64,000 nt of DNA from contig CAVVKJ010000014.1 in NCBI GenBank assembly GCA_963748815.1, positions 64,001 through 128,000 of the forward strand. The letters are read 5' to 3'. The notes beneath the pieces were generated by a model that did not search any database, was not told the origin of the DNA, and was given only the letters and a program-made list of their open reading frames with translations. Below, one piece after another: positions 25,487 to 34,304 of the stretch. This DNA is from an uncultured Gemmatimonadales bacterium. GTDB taxonomy: Bacteria; Gemmatimonadota; Gemmatimonadetes; Gemmatimonadales; GWC2-71-9. The translations under genes were made by a program, and so were the position numbers. Every line of letters starts with the position of its first letter. Within the stretch, counting starts at the first letter, position 1.

Positions 25487-26205
25487 TGTGGCTCGCCCTC
25501 GAGACCTCCTCGGACCGGGCCTCCGTCGCCGTCGGGCAGCCGGGACGAGTCCTCGCCGAGACCAGCCTCGAAGGGGCGCGCCAGCACGCCGGCGCCCTCC
25601 CTCGGCTCATCGAGGAAGCGCTGGCCCAGGCCGGGACGGAACTCGCCGCGCTCGAGGCGGTCATCCTCGGCGACGGCCCGGGCAGTTTCACCGGGCTGCG
25701 GGTGGGCGCCTCGGTCGCGAAGGCGCTGGTCCGCTCGCATCGGCTCGCCTTCTACACCACCCCCGCGCTCGCCGCGGTCGCGCTGGCGGCCAGGCCGTCG
25801 CCGGAGGAGCGGGTGCTCGCCGTGGCGAACGCGCTCCGCGGCGAGGTCTACGCCGCGGAATACCGGTTCCCGGAGGGGCGGGTCGAGGTGCTGCAGGCGC
25901 CGGCCGTCTGGCTGCCCGAGCGCCTCCTCGCCGACTGCCCGGTGCCCGACGTCGTCTGCGGCATCGTTCCCGAGGGGCTGGCCGACCGGCTGGCGGAGTG
26001 GCAGGCCGGCCGCCATCCGCGGACCGTGCGCGGTGTGGCCACGGCGGGCGCGCTGCTGGAGCTCACGGCACGCGCCGACGGCGCGGTGCGCGTGGCCGCG
26101 CCCGCGCAGTGGGAACCGCAGTACGGTCGGCCGGCGGAAGCACAGGCCAAGTGGGAACGGGATCATGGACAGACACTCCCCGATTCGCCCGGCCACTTTC
26201 GCTGA
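25486..26205 (+). CDS. tsaB: tRNA t6A biosynthesis protein TsaB
   Basis: [37 protein letters not shown] coupling to tsaE. Confidence 0.9.
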   Translation: MWLALETSSDRASVAVGQPGRVLAETSLEGARQHAGALPRLIEEALAQAGTELAALEAVILGDGPGSFTGLRVGASVAKALVRSHRLAFYTTPALAAVALAARPSPEERVLAVANALRGEVYAAEYRFPEGRVEVLQAPAVWLPERLLADCPVPDVVCGIVPEGLADRLAEWQAGRHPRTVRGVATAGALLELTARADGAVRVAAPAQWEPQYGRPAEAQAKWERDHGQTLPDSPGHFR

Positions 26206-26653
26206 CGCGGCGGCCCTGGCCGCCATCGAGCGCCGGTCGTTCTCGGATCCCTGGCCGCTCGAGGGGTTCGGGGAGGTGCTGCGGCTCCCCGGGACGGTCG
26301 CCCTCGTCATGACGGACGCCGACGCGCCAATCGCCTACTTCCTCGCCCGGGAAATCCTCGGGACCGCGGAGGTGCTCAACCTGGCCGTGGTGCCCGAGCT
26401 GCGCGGCCGGGGATTGGGCGCCAAACTGCTCGACGCCGGCCTCGCGGCGGTGCGGGCGCGCGGCGGGACGGAGGTCTTCCTCGAGGTGCGGGCGTCGAAC
26501 GCCGTGGCGCAGTCGCTCTATGCGGGTCGGGGTTTTCGAACCGAAGGGCGGCGGCGCGGATACTATCGGCACCCCGACGAGGACGCGCTGGTGCTTCGGC
26601 TGGTCATGGCGCCCGTGCGTTCAAATGATGGTGACGGCGAGGCATTGGTGTAG
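26165..26653 (+). CDS. rimI: Ribosomal-protein-alanine N-acetyltransferase (GNAT)
   Basis: [40 protein letters not shown]. Confidence 0.9.
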   Translation: MDRHSPIRPATFADAAALAAIERRSFSDPWPLEGFGEVLRLPGTVALVMTDADAPIAYFLAREILGTAEVLNLAVVPELRGRGLGAKLLDAGLAAVRARGGTEVFLEVRASNAVAQSLYAGRGFRTEGRRRGYYRHPDEDALVLRLVMAPVRSNDGDGEALV

Positions 26654-26725
26654 ATTTGGACTGTCAGGGGCAGTAGCGTATGGCTGTCCGCGGTCCCGAA
26701 CCCTGTTGATGCGTGGGAGGTCATT

Positions 26726-27202
26726 GTGAGTCGGAGTCTGAACAAGGTCCAGCTGATCGGGAATCTGGGGGCGGATCCGGAGGTGCGCAGCACCAACAAC
26801 GGCTCCCGCGTGGCCACGCTGTCGGTCGCCACCAGCCGCCAGTGGACCGGCAAGAGTGGCGACAAGCAGGAAAAGACGGAGTGGCACCGGGTCATTCTCT
26901 GGAACACCAATTTCAGCAAGCTGGCCGACATCGCCGAGAAGTACTGCAAGAAGGGCGACAAGGTCTACATCGAGGGCGCCATCGAGTACCGCACCTGGCA
27001 GGACCGCGAGGGGCAGACGAAGTACACCACCGAGATCAACGGGCGTGAACTGATCCTCCTCGGGGGGCGGAGCGGTGGGTCGTCCGACGAGTCGTACAGC
27101 GCGGCCAAGGTGGGCGCGGCGGCATCCGCCCCCAAGAAGGACGAGTCCTTCGACGATTTCCCCGAGGCGCTCGACGGCGAGGACGACGACCTGCCGTTCT
27201 AG
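26726..27202 (+). CDS. ssb: Single-stranded DNA-binding protein
   Basis: LNKVQLIGNLGADPE, EKTEWHRV, KGDKVYIEG, C-terminal DDDLPF; GGAGG RBS. Confidence 0.97.
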   Translation: MSRSLNKVQLIGNLGADPEVRSTNNGSRVATLSVATSRQWTGKSGDKQEKTEWHRVILWNTNFSKLADIAEKYCKKGDKVYIEGAIEYRTWQDREGQTKYTTEINGRELILLGGRSGGSSDESYSAAKVGAAASAPKKDESFDDFPEALDGEDDDLPF

Positions 27203-27225
27203 TCGGCCCGGAGTCGGGGGCAGGA

Positions 27226-27264
27226 GAGGCCGGCGGTGGGGGAGCGTCCCCTGCCGCCGGCCTC
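27226..27264 (+). terminator. GC-rich hairpin after ssb
   Basis: 18-bp stem GAGGCCGGCGGTGGGGGA / TCCCCTGCCGCCGGCCTC with 2 G-U pairs and a 3-nt loop; weak U-tract. Confidence 0.6.
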
Positions 27265-27279
27265 CGCATTCTCAGGGCA

Positions 27280-27295
27280 GGGCACAGCTCTTGCT
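27280..27295 (+). promoter_or_regulatory. Candidate sigma-54 (-24/-12) promoter upstream of the LysM-tol-pal cluster
   Basis: GGGCAC-AGCTC-TTGCT versus consensus TGGCAC-N5-TTGCW. Confidence 0.45.
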
Positions 27296-27474
27296 TTTTC
27301 CTCGGGACAGTCGCTTCCGTCGCTCAGGAAGTGGAGCAGGTCCGGACCTCTTAGCTTTTGTCCCACAACGTGTTACATTGTGGGCAAGCCGGCGGCCCGA
27401 ACGCTGGATGGGACGTTGCAATTCACCGCAAGTCTCTCCGGAAACCGAAGCGCCTCTACACCACAAGGACACCC

Positions 27475-28719
27475 ATGGCTATGCGAAATGCGTCGACGGG
27501 GCAGTTCTCAGTGAGGGCTCTCCTGGCCGCCACCCTTCTGGTCGGCGTGCCGGTTGTTGCCTCAGCCCAGAACGCCTCCGTTCCGGAGACCCACACGGTC
27601 CGGAAGGGCGACACCCTCTGGGATCTGGCCAAGACGTACTTCGGTGATCCGCTCACCTGGCCCCAGATCTACAAGCTGAACACCGGCGTCATCGAGGACC
27701 CGCACTGGATCTATCCGGGCGAGGTGCTCCAGCTGGCTGGCAGCGGTGCCGGTGTCATTCCGGCGGAGCCTGCCCCGGTGGCAAATGCGCCGGCCCCCAT
27801 GGCGGATGCGGTGGCCCAGGCCCAGCCTCAGGCCCAGCCTCAGGCCCCGGATGCGCCCGCTGCCGCGGTCGAGCCCGAGGTGTACGCCGATACCCCGGCG
27901 CCGGCTCCCGGCGGCGGCGCGCGCGGTGCAGGCCCCATCCCGGGCGACCCCACGCGTCTCTTCGGCAAGACCAATCCGGAGGGCGCTTCCGCCGACCAGT
28001 TGGTGGCGTACGCCGAAAAGGCCTATCGTCCTCTTCGTCCGGGCGAGTTCTACAGCGCCGGTTTCCTCACCGAAAACCAGAAGCTGAGCTACGGCGAAGT
28101 GCTCGGGGATGTGGCGCCCCCGCAGGTGGCCAACCTGCAGCCACCGACCGCCGCCAGCCAATTCTCGCGGATCGGCATCATTCCGCCGAAGGGCGCCGCC
28201 TACCAGGTCGGCGACTCGCTCATGATCGCCAGGGTGGTCACCAGCTACGCCGGGTACGGCGATGTGGTCTGGCCCACCGGCCTGGCGCGCGTCATTGAGG
28301 TCGGACCCAAGCAGACCACCGCGATCGTCCTCAACCAGTACCAGCGGATCCGGATCGGGCAGGTGGCCCTTCCTCTCGAGCGATTCGTCCCGGGCGGTTC
28401 GGCGCGCGCCGTGCCGGTCGCGGACGGGATCGAGGCGAAAGTCGTCCAGGCCCGCTCCGAGAACATCCTGACCGAGCAGCAGTCGATCCTCTTCCTGGAC
28501 AAGGGTCGCGCGGACGGGGTGGCGCCGGGCGATGTCTTCGAGTTGTGGCGCACCCCCGAAGAGCGGTGGGACGCCGCCTCGACCGTCGCGGAGCCCATGG
28601 CTCGGCTCCAGGTCGTGCGGGTCGGTGAGCACACCTCCTCCGCGCTGGTCGTCCGGATCATCTCGGCGGACATCAGGCCGGGCACCACGGCCAAGCAGGT
28701 CGCCAAGCTGCCGAACTGA
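27475..28719 (+). CDS. Secreted LysM peptidoglycan-binding protein (TsaP-like architecture)
   Basis: Signal peptide ending ASA-Q; LysM HTVRKGDTLWDLA..WPQIY..IEDPHWIYPG; Pro/Ala linker; beta-rich C-terminus (FLDKGRADGVAPGDVF). Confidence 0.8.
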   Translation: MAMRNASTGQFSVRALLAATLLVGVPVVASAQNASVPETHTVRKGDTLWDLAKTYFGDPLTWPQIYKLNTGVIEDPHWIYPGEVLQLAGSGAGVIPAEPAPVANAPAPMADAVAQAQPQAQPQAPDAPAAAVEPEVYADTPAPAPGGGARGAGPIPGDPTRLFGKTNPEGASADQLVAYAEKAYRPLRPGEFYSAGFLTENQKLSYGEVLGDVAPPQVANLQPPTAASQFSRIGIIPPKGAAYQVGDSLMIARVVTSYAGYGDVVWPTGLARVIEVGPKQTTAIVLNQYQRIRIGQVALPLERFVPGGSARAVPVADGIEAKVVQARSENILTEQQSILFLDKGRADGVAPGDVFELWRTPEERWDAASTVAEPMARLQVVRVGEHTSSALVVRIISADIRPGTTAKQVAKLPN

Positions 28720-28815
28720 GTTTGCCGGACGTTCGTACCCCGAGCACGCGGGGCTACCCACCCTATCCGGGTCGGTCCCGCGTGCTTCGTTTTACCCTCA
28801 CCCCTGAGGCAGGAT

Positions 28816-29763
28816 ATGGCTCGACGTGTCTTGGTCAGCGGCGGCGCCGGATTCATCGGCTCGCATATCGTGGAGGCGTACCTGGCCGCCGGCTGGGAGG
28901 TCACCGCGCTGGACGATCTCTCCCGCGGGAAGGCCTCCCAGGTGCCCGACGGCGTGCCGCTGATCGTGGCGGACATCCGGTCCGACCTGGCACGCACCAC
29001 GGTGGCCACCGGTGGCTTCGAGGTCGTCAACCACCACGCCGCGCAAATCGACGTGCGGTTCTCGGTTGAGCGCCCGTCGGCCGACGCCGACATCAACATT
29101 TCCGGCTTCGTCAACCTGCTCGAGGGCGCCGCCCAGGGCGGCGTCCGGCGCGTGGTCTTCGCCAGCAGCGGCGGGGTGGTCTACGGCAACCCGGACGTCA
29201 TTCCCACGCCCGAGTCCGCGCCCAAGCGGCCGGTCTCGCCGTACGGCGTCAGCAAGCTCGCGGGTGAGCACTACCTCCGGGCCCTCGCCGACCTGCACGG
29301 GTTCGAGGGGGTGGCCCTCCGGTACGCGAACGTCTGCGGGCCCCGCCAGGACCCCAAGTCCGAGGCAGGGGTGGTCTCCATCTTCGTGTCCCGCCTCCTG
29401 GCCGGTCAGCCGCTGGCCATCTTTGGAGACGGAACGCAGACGCGTGATTATGTTTCTGTTCTGGATGTCGCGCGCGCGAATGTGCTGGCGAGCACAGCGC
29501 CGCTGGCGTCCGGCGACGATCATGATACCCGCGCCTTCAACATCGCGACGGGCATCGAACGCTCGGTGCTGGACCTGGCCGAGGTGGCTGGCAAGGTGAC
29601 CGGGCGCAGCCCCGAATTGAAGATGGAAGCCGCGCGGCCGGGAGAAATCCTCCGGAGCGCGCTCGACCCGAAGAAGGCCGCCGACGGACTCGGCTGGCGG
29701 CCCGACGTGCCGTTCGACGACAATCTCGCGCTGCTCATGGATTGGTTCCAGACGGAGGGGTAA
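28816..29763 (+). CDS. NAD-dependent epimerase/dehydratase (GalE-like)
   Basis: SGGAGFIGSH, HHAAQIDVR, SPYGVSK, LRYANVCGPRQ, GDGTQTRDYV. Confidence 0.9.
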   Translation: MARRVLVSGGAGFIGSHIVEAYLAAGWEVTALDDLSRGKASQVPDGVPLIVADIRSDLARTTVATGGFEVVNHHAAQIDVRFSVERPSADADINISGFVNLLEGAAQGGVRRVVFASSGGVVYGNPDVIPTPESAPKRPVSPYGVSKLAGEHYLRALADLHGFEGVALRYANVCGPRQDPKSEAGVVSIFVSRLLAGQPLAIFGDGTQTRDYVSVLDVARANVLASTAPLASGDDHDTRAFNIATGIERSVLDLAEVAGKVTGRSPELKMEAARPGEILRSALDPKKAADGLGWRPDVPFDDNLALLMDWFQTEG

Positions 29764-30476
29764 TGCTCCTGCAGGTCGGTGGCGCGGTTCCGCGCTCGTC
29801 GTTAGAGCTTCTGCAACAGGCCGGCGGCGAGACCAAGATCGTCCTCGCGATTACCGCCCTCTTCTCCGTGGTCTCCTGGTTCATCATCGGTCTCAAGTGG
29901 TGGCAGTTCCGCCGGATCCGCCGACAGGCGGATCACTTCTTCACGGAGCTGGAGCGGACCACCCGCCTGCAGGAGGCGTACACCCTCCTGATGAAACAGC
30001 CCCCCTCCCCGTACAACCGGCTCTTCCGCGAGGGGATGAACTTCTACAGCGAGCTTCGGCCCGGCGCCCTGCGCGATGAGGCGCCCACCGCCCGGGCCTC
30101 GCTGACCATGACCCAGCTCGAAGCGCTCAAGATGGTGCTCGGCAAGGAAATCTCGGCGGAGCGCGAACTCGCCGCCCACCTCGTGCCCTGGCTCGCCACC
30201 ATCGGCGCCGTCAGCCCCCTGCTCGGCCTCCTCGGCACCGTCCTCGGCATCATGGATGCCTTCATCGGCATCGCCGCCAAGGGGTCCGGCAACATCGCCG
30301 CCGTCGCACCGGGCGTCGCCGAGGCGCTGATCACCACGGTGGCGGGCCTCGCCACCGCCATCCCCGCCATGATGGCCTACAACTTCTTCGTGCACCGGAC
30401 CCGGGTCTTCGCGGGGGAACTCGAAGGGTTCGCCAACGAGCTCATCGGTACTATGGCGCGCGAGGGGCTGCTCTAG
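29763..30476 (+). CDS. tolQ: TolQ (MotA/TolQ/ExbB family)
   Basis: LATIGAVSPLLGLLGTVLGIM, APGVAEALITTVAGL; first gene of the tol-pal cluster. Confidence 0.88.
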   Translation: MLLQVGGAVPRSSLELLQQAGGETKIVLAITALFSVVSWFIIGLKWWQFRRIRRQADHFFTELERTTRLQEAYTLLMKQPPSPYNRLFREGMNFYSELRPGALRDEAPTARASLTMTQLEALKMVLGKEISAERELAAHLVPWLATIGAVSPLLGLLGTVLGIMDAFIGIAAKGSGNIAAVAPGVAEALITTVAGLATAIPAMMAYNFFVHRTRVFAGELEGFANELIGTMAREGLL

Positions 30477-30911
30477 GTGGCCGGCCGGATGGGGAGTCTG
30501 GGCGGTGGCGACGACGGTGACATGCACCTGAGCGCCGACATCAACGTCACCTCCCTGGTGGACGTGGCGTTCGTGCTGCTCATCATCTTCATGATTGCCG
30601 CGCCGCTGATGACGGGCGGCGTCGACGTGCAGCTGCCCCAGGCCGAGGCGAGGCCGCTTCCCTCGAAGGAGGGGATGGTCGTCTCGGTCGACCGCGAGGG
30701 CCGGATCTTCATCGACCAGACTCGCGTCACCTACAACGACTTTCGCGTCACCTTCCGGGCGCTGGTCGAGAGCCGGAAACCGTCCGGCGTGTATCTCCGA
30801 GCCGATCAGCGGGTGCCATACGGCGACGTCGTGCGCGTCCTCGCGGTCATCCGCAACAGCGGCATCAAGGATGTCGGGTTGGTGGCCGAGGAGGAGGATC
30901 AGACCAAGTGA
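30477..30911 (+). CDS. tolR: TolR (ExbD/TolR family)
   Basis: DINVTSLVDVAFVLLIIFMIAAP, LRADQRVPYGDVV. Confidence 0.88.
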   Translation: MAGRMGSLGGGDDGDMHLSADINVTSLVDVAFVLLIIFMIAAPLMTGGVDVQLPQAEARPLPSKEGMVVSVDREGRIFIDQTRVTYNDFRVTFRALVESRKPSGVYLRADQRVPYGDVVRVLAVIRNSGIKDVGLVAEEEDQTK

Positions 30912-31633
30912 GCCGTCCGGTGGCGGTGCGGCGGCGCGCGCCGGAGACGGCGGCGGGGGCGGCGGGCACCGCCCTGGTACATCTGACGGCGCTCGCACTG
31001 CTGATTGCCGGGGTGAAGACGCCTCCGCCGATGGCGCCGGTCTACGCGGTGGAACTGGTCGCGGCCCCCGCGCCCACGGCCAACAAGCGCCCCGCGCCCG
31101 AAGCGGTGACGCGTCCGGTGGAGCAGCCTGATCCCGGCCCGCCGGTGACCAAGCCGAACAAGGTCTCCCCGGTCCCCTCGGCCAAGGCGCCGCCGAAGCC
31201 GAAGTCCACGGCGCCGAAGACCACGACGACCCCGGTCAAGCGCGAGCCGGCGCCCAGGTCCGAGACGAAGGCGGTCCCGGCACCAGGCGAGACCCCGAGC
31301 ACCGGCACCGACGCGGTGAACATCAAGACCCCCGGCCTGCAGTTCGCCTATCCGGAGTACCTCCGGAACATCGTGGCGCAGGTCTATCGCCGCTGGGAAC
31401 GTCCCGGCGGGAACCAGAGCCTGCGGGCCGAGGTGAGTTTCTTCATTCTGCGGGATGGCAGCGTGCGTGACATTCGATTCGTGACTCCCTCCGGCAACTT
31501 CAGCTTTGACCTCAGCGCCCAGGGGGCGATCGAGGGCGCCGGGAAAGTGCGCGCCTTCGGCCCGCTCCCCGACGGCTACGAGGCGGATGTGCTGCCGGTC
31601 AGCTTCTTCTTCACGCCGCAGGCGGGCTCGTGA
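30908..31633 (+). CDS. tolA: TolA/TonB-like energy transducer
   Basis: TM with His (ALVHLTAL), Pro/Lys/Thr linker, TonB_2-type C-terminus (FILRDG..SGNFSFDLSA). Confidence 0.8.
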   Translation: MSRPVAVRRRAPETAAGAAGTALVHLTALALLIAGVKTPPPMAPVYAVELVAAPAPTANKRPAPEAVTRPVEQPDPGPPVTKPNKVSPVPSAKAPPKPKSTAPKTTTTPVKREPAPRSETKAVPAPGETPSTGTDAVNIKTPGLQFAYPEYLRNIVAQVYRRWERPGGNQSLRAEVSFFILRDGSVRDIRFVTPSGNFSFDLSAQGAIEGAGKVRAFGPLPDGYEADVLPVSFFFTPQAGS

Positions 31634-32913
31634 ATCGGCTGCTGATGGTGGGGCTGCTGTTGGCGGCCGCATCACCGGTGCTGGCGCAGGACCCGATTGA
31701 CCGTGGGGTGCGTGTCGGCATCACCTACCAGCCCGGCACCCGTCCCCGGCTCGTGATGCTTCCCGGGCCGGGCCTCGACTCGGTGCGCGCCATCATCCAG
31801 AGAGATCTCGATTTTAGCGACCGGTTCGAGGTGCTTCCGCTCGCCCCGGGCGGCGCGTCGGCGTCGTCGGCCGTCAACTATCAGCTTTACCGCTCACTGG
31901 GCGCCGAATACGGCGTCGAGGTCCGGGCGGACGCCGCCGGCGTCGCCGTGCGCCTGCACGACATCGGGGCGGGCACGGTGCGCCAGCAGCAGGCGTTCGC
32001 CATCCCCGCCGAGTCGGCGCCGGGGTTCCGGATGGCCGTCCACCAGGTGTCCGACGAGGTGGTCCGGTGGGTCACGGGCACGCCGGGGGTGGCCGCCACC
32101 CGGATGCTGGTCCTCATCGACCGGCGCGCCTACCGTGTGGACAGCGACGGCGCGGACATGACCGCGGTGACCCCCGCCTCGGAAACCGTGCTGTCGCCGA
32201 CCTGGTCCCCCGACGGCCGCTCCGTCGCCTACACCAGGTTCCTCGATGGCAGGGGCCCGATCATCGTGCGCGACCTGGCCACGGGGCGCTCGAAGCAGGT
32301 CATGGGGACGGAGTCGCAGCTGAACTTCACGCCGGCGTTCTCGCCCGATGGGCGCACGCTCGCGTTCGCCCGGACGGACCAGGAGGGCGGCACCGACATT
32401 TACGCCGTGAATGTCGCCGATCAGTGCTGCCTCCGGCGGTTGACCGTGGGGCGTTTCGCGGATAACCTTTCGCCCACGTACGCGCCCGATGGCCGGCGGA
32501 TGGCGTTCGTCTCCACCAGGCCGGGGACGCCCCAGATTTACGCGATGTCGTCGGACGGGACTGACCAGGAACTGCTGGCCCCTTATGATTATGGGGCCAC
32601 CGGGGCGTCGAACGCGCCGGAATGGTCGCCGGACGGCGCGTCGGTCGCGTTCCACCGGGACATCGACCGGGCGCCGCAAATCTTCATTCTCGAGGTCGGG
32701 AGCCGACGCTTCAAGCAGCTCACCTCGAGCGGGCGGAATTCCGACCCGACCTGGGCTCCCGATGGCCGCCATCTCGCGTTCGTGTCGGACCGCAGCGGCC
32801 GCGGGCAGGTCTGGATCATCGACATCGAGACGGGGCGCATCCGGCAGCTGCCGCTGTCGGGCGAAATTCGCCTCCCACACTGGTCCCGCCGAGTGGGCGG
32901 GTCCACGCCGTAA
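31630..32913 (+). CDS. tolB: TolB beta-propeller protein
   Basis: DLDFSDRF N-domain and PD40 repeats (PTWSPDG, PAFSPDG, PTYAPDG, PEWSPDG, PTWAPDG). Confidence 0.9.
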   Translation: MNRLLMVGLLLAAASPVLAQDPIDRGVRVGITYQPGTRPRLVMLPGPGLDSVRAIIQRDLDFSDRFEVLPLAPGGASASSAVNYQLYRSLGAEYGVEVRADAAGVAVRLHDIGAGTVRQQQAFAIPAESAPGFRMAVHQVSDEVVRWVTGTPGVAATRMLVLIDRRAYRVDSDGADMTAVTPASETVLSPTWSPDGRSVAYTRFLDGRGPIIVRDLATGRSKQVMGTESQLNFTPAFSPDGRTLAFARTDQEGGTDIYAVNVADQCCLRRLTVGRFADNLSPTYAPDGRRMAFVSTRPGTPQIYAMSSDGTDQELLAPYDYGATGASNAPEWSPDGASVAFHRDIDRAPQIFILEVGSRRFKQLTSSGRNSDPTWAPDGRHLAFVSDRSGRGQVWIIDIETGRIRQLPLSGEIRLPHWSRRVGGSTP

Positions 32914-32939
32914 CCACCACAACTGACTGGAGTACCCCC

Positions 32940-33527
32940 ATGAAGTCCCGTTCCCTGATCGTCTTTGCCCTCCTCGCCGCGGCCGCATGCGGCGGCAAGA
33001 AGCCCGCGGAGACACCCGCGCCGGCGCCGGCCCCGGCCCCCATCGACAGCACGGCCATCAAGGCCCGGATGCGCCAGGACTCGATCAACGCCGCCGAGGC
33101 GCGTGCCCGCGCCGCTGCGGAAGCCGCCGCGGCCGCCGCCGCGAAGCTGCAGGCGCAGCTCACCGCCGAAGTGACGTCGATGATCCACTTCGACTACGAC
33201 AAGTCGGATATCAAGCCGGAAGACCAGGCCGCCCTCAACCGGAAGGCCGCCATCCTCAAGGCCAACCCGGCCCTCATGATCCAGATCGCCGGCAACTGCG
33301 ACAACCGCGGGTCCGATGAGTACAACCTGGCCCTTGGCAATCGCCGCGCAGCGGCCGCCCAGCGCTACCTGATCAATCAGGGCGTCTCCGCCGGCCAGAT
33401 CAGCATCGTCTCCTACGGCGAGGAGCGTCCCGTCGACGCGGCCAATACCGAGTCGGCCTGGGCCATGAACCGGAACGACCAGTTCACGCCGACGGCCGGC
33501 GGCAACAACCTGATGGCGCCGAAGTGA
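32940..33527 (+). CDS. pal: Peptidoglycan-associated lipoprotein Pal
   Basis: Lipobox AAAAC; IHFDYDKSDI, GNCDNRGSDEYNLALGNRRA, SYGEERP. Confidence 0.92.
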   Translation: MKSRSLIVFALLAAAACGGKKPAETPAPAPAPAPIDSTAIKARMRQDSINAAEARARAAAEAAAAAAAKLQAQLTAEVTSMIHFDYDKSDIKPEDQAALNRKAAILKANPALMIQIAGNCDNRGSDEYNLALGNRRAAAAQRYLINQGVSAGQISIVSYGEERPVDAANTESAWAMNRNDQFTPTAGGNNLMAPK

Positions 33528-34285
33528 TCCGAAGGATCGCGCCGATCCTCGTGGTGGCGACCGTCGCTCTGGGGGGCTGTGCCCTCCGGAGCGACGTGCG
33601 CCGGCTCGAGGAGCAGTTGACAACCATGCAGGACGAGTCCGACCGCCGCGACTCGCTGCTCGCGGCGCAGCTCACGCAGGTGATGGCCCTCCAGCGGCAG
33701 GCGAACGACTCGCTGGCGTCCGTCGAAGCGAGCCTCCTCACCTTTCGCGGCGAGACGCTCGGGCAGCTCTACGACGTCCAGAAGCAGCTGCTGCAGGTTC
33801 AGGAGCTGACGGGGCTGAGCAGCCGTCGGCTGAACGAGCTGCGGGGCGAGCTCGACGCCCGCGGGCAGCAGTTGAGCGGGGTCACGCCGGCCGCCGGGGG
33901 CCCCACCAGCGCCTCGGCGGTGCAGATGTACGAGGCCTCGCTCCAGCAGTTGCGCCGCGGCAGCACCGGGACCGCGCGCGCCGGATTCCGGCAGTTCCTC
34001 GACCAGTATCCCACCGCGTCGGAAGCGCCCGACGCCCTCTACTTCATCGGAGAGAGCTTCAGCACGGACGCGCCCGACTCCGCGGCGGCCTACTACACGC
34101 AGGTCGCCGACACGTACCCGGCCTCCCCGCGCGCCGCGAGCGCGCTGTACCGGCTGGGGTCGATGGCGGAGTCCGCTCGCGACACCGCGGCCGCCCGCGG
34201 CTATTACCAGCGGCTGATCGCGAAGTACCCGACGTCGAACGAGGCCGCGCTCGCCCGCGACCGCCTGAAGGCGCTCGGGCAGTAG
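33524..34285 (+). CDS. cpoB: CpoB/YbgF tol-pal TPR protein
   Basis: Lipobox LGGC, coiled coil, TPRs FLDQYPT..DALYFIGE, YPASPRAASALYRLG. Confidence 0.85.
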   Translation: MIRRIAPILVVATVALGGCALRSDVRRLEEQLTTMQDESDRRDSLLAAQLTQVMALQRQANDSLASVEASLLTFRGETLGQLYDVQKQLLQVQELTGLSSRRLNELRGELDARGQQLSGVTPAAGGPTSASAVQMYEASLQQLRRGSTGTARAGFRQFLDQYPTASEAPDALYFIGESFSTDAPDSAAAYYTQVADTYPASPRAASALYRLGSMAESARDTAAARGYYQRLIAKYPTSNEAALARDRLKALGQ

Positions 34286-34304
34286 CCCGGCGCCGACCGC
34301 CCCG

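Noticed and set aside
23032..26205. 1057-aa ORF appearing to fuse UvrB and TsaB
   Set aside because: It is read-through after the +1 at ~24067. The middle is off-frame relative to the real uvrB C-terminus, and tsaE and tsaB have their own coupled starts.
27817..27846. (CAGGCCCAGCCT)x2.5 tandem repeat
   Set aside because: It encodes the QAQP linker of the LysM protein. In-frame and ordinary.
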